Virus record (IMG/VR): IMGVR_UViG_3300035494_000025
Location: 1 to 43,117 of that record
Reading direction: 5' to 3' (one strand)
Source of the DNA: a virus
Length of the DNA: 43,117 bases
Shown: positions 42,276 through 43,117 of the stretch, piece by piece
How positions within the stretch are numbered: position 1 is the first letter of the stretch
Layout of the letters: the number at the start of each line of letters is the position of its first letter
The notes under the pieces: generated by a model
What the model was told of the DNA's origin: nothing
Database searches by the model: none
The model's input: the letters and a program-made list of their open reading frames with translations, nothing else
Program-made: the position numbers and the translations under genes

Positions 42276-42590
42276 ATGTTAAATAATGTCCCCCCTGAAT
42301 GGCTCCCTAACATGTTCACGTGGTTGTGGGTGATACTACTCTCTATCTGGGGCGGAACCGTGCACACAATACGTAAAATTAAAACTGGGACTATTAGCAG
42401 GTTCTCGCTAAGCGAATGGATCGGCGACACGGTTACGTCTGGCTTTATCGGCGTTGTGACTTATGCTCTTTGCCAGCATAGCGGGTTTGATGGATGGCTC
42501 ACTGCTGCGCTCGTCGGTGTGGCGTCACACCAAGGGACGCGTGGTTTAGTTTTAATAGAAGAGCTTATCGCTCGAAAAATAAGGGGATAG
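42276..42590 (+). CDS. holin, three-TM class I (lambda S / LydA-like)
   Basis: 104 aa with three hydrophobic segments (WLWVILLSIWGG, TVTSGFIGVVTYAL, WLTAALVGVASH) and a basic C-terminus. It is visibly much more GC-rich than its neighbours. Confidence 0.6.
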   Translation: MLNNVPPEWLPNMFTWLWVILLSIWGGTVHTIRKIKTGTISRFSLSEWIGDTVTSGFIGVVTYALCQHSGFDGWLTAALVGVASHQGTRGLVLIEELIARKIRG

Positions 42591-42592
42591 TT

Positions 42593-42802
42593 ATGCAAGT
42601 ATATGCCATAGCGGCTGGTGCACTTATAGTCACGGTACATGCAACAAACGCATTAGCAATATCTAGTAATACATTAGCTTTGCATAAAGGTAATGTGGCA
42701 TATAAGACAGTAGAAGTAGCAGCACAAAAATCTACTAGTTCTACCTATGGCTGTGCTAAAATGGCATTAAGTGGTAAAACATTAACTATCCCTACAACCT
42801 AA
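42593..42802 (+). CDS. small secreted or membrane-anchored protein (69 aa)
   Basis: The start is taken at the ATG at 42593 (RBS aagggga) rather than track start 42494, which overlaps the holin. The N-terminal hydrophobic segment VYAIAAGALIVTVHATNALA is signal-peptide-like. Confidence 0.45.
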   Translation: MQVYAIAAGALIVTVHATNALAISSNTLALHKGNVAYKTVEVAAQKSTSSTYGCAKMALSGKTLTIPTT

Positions 42803-42811
42803 GGAGGGTAT

Positions 42812-43117
42812 ATGCCTTTAATTTTTAATGGTACTAAAATACCAGAAAATGTAGCAAATGTACTTAAGTTTAATGGTACTAATATTACTAAAGTAATATT
42901 TAATGGTGTTGCAGTTTGGGTGCAGAATTTGTATGTAGGCCCTACTGTAGGTGTATATTATGGAGGACTAATTTCGAATAATCCATTTACCCCAACAAAT
43001 GCAGTAACAAGGATAAATTCTAGTGGTACTATTATAGGCTCTGAAACACCCGTAGGTATCCCAAGGTATGGACTTGCAGGTGCAAGTATAGATAACGTAG
43101 GTGTATATTATGGAGGA
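42812..43117 (+). CDS. Kelch-like beta-propeller repeat protein, 5' portion (continues at base 1)
   Basis: aaggagggtatATG is a strong RBS. The frame is open to the last base. The last 82 nt equal bases 1-82, and the frame is continuous with 1-808. The joined gene (42812-43035 plus 1-808) is 1032 nt, or 343 aa. Confidence 0.75.
   Translation, partial: MPLIFNGTKIPENVANVLKFNGTNITKVIFNGVAVWVQNLYVGPTVGVYYGGLISNNPFTPTNAVTRINSSGTIIGSETPVGIPRYGLAGASIDNVGVYYGG

Noticed and set aside
43036-43117. 82-nt identity between the two contig ends as a direct terminal repeat or cos end
   Set aside because: The identity lies inside a tandem repeat array and joins a gene in frame. This is most simply explained by circular closure of an assembly. 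Physical ends cannot be inferred from it.

Overview
The window looks like a near-complete, circularly closed genome of about 43 kb from an AT-rich tailed dsDNA phage. GC looks to be in the mid-30s percent by eye; I did not compute it. The first 82 nt equal the last 82 nt, and one gene reads in frame across that junction. No integrase, phage RNA polymerase, tRNA, tape-measure, tube or sheath gene is recognisable. The phage therefore looks virulent and podovirus-like. An overlapped spanin pair with a lipobox points to a Gram-negative host. There are two transcription arms. They diverge at 35084-35417 and converge on a hairpin at 14016-14037. The minus arm (35228 down to 14024) runs in this order: RHH-like protein, TerS, TerL, a promoter/operator repeat region, small early genes, an AT-rich non-coding block, primase-helicase, Dda-like helicase, ThyX, SSB, then a translationally coupled operon, then an HTH protein, SNF2-like helicase, ligase and VRR-NUC nuclease. 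The coupled operon encodes PolA, a radical SAM enzyme, a FEN exonuclease, a glycosyltransferase-like/MazG-like fusion and a gp42-like dCMP hydroxymethylase. The plus arm (35418 across the junction to 14027) runs: scaffold, N4-gp56-like capsid protein, adaptor-like protein, two tail fibres plus chaperone, a GC-rich lambda-S-like holin, a Kelch-like repeat protein, a lysis cassette, a tail protein, a GNAT-like protein, portal, large putative internal virion proteins and a C3/Vip2-type ADP-ribosyltransferase. The main candidate for something new is the compact T-even-like cytosine hydroxymethylation/glycosylation gene set with an embedded radical SAM enzyme and a GT-MazG fusion. Other notable items are the putatively virion-delivered ADP-ribosyltransferase, the six-blade Kelch-like protein built from near-identical 150-bp repeats with a variable 9-codon cassette, a triplicated TTAAACGTTTAA operator, and a recurrent TTTAAGA-N10-TATAAT promoter-like motif. 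All homology statements come from reading the translations and recalling family motifs. No searches were run.
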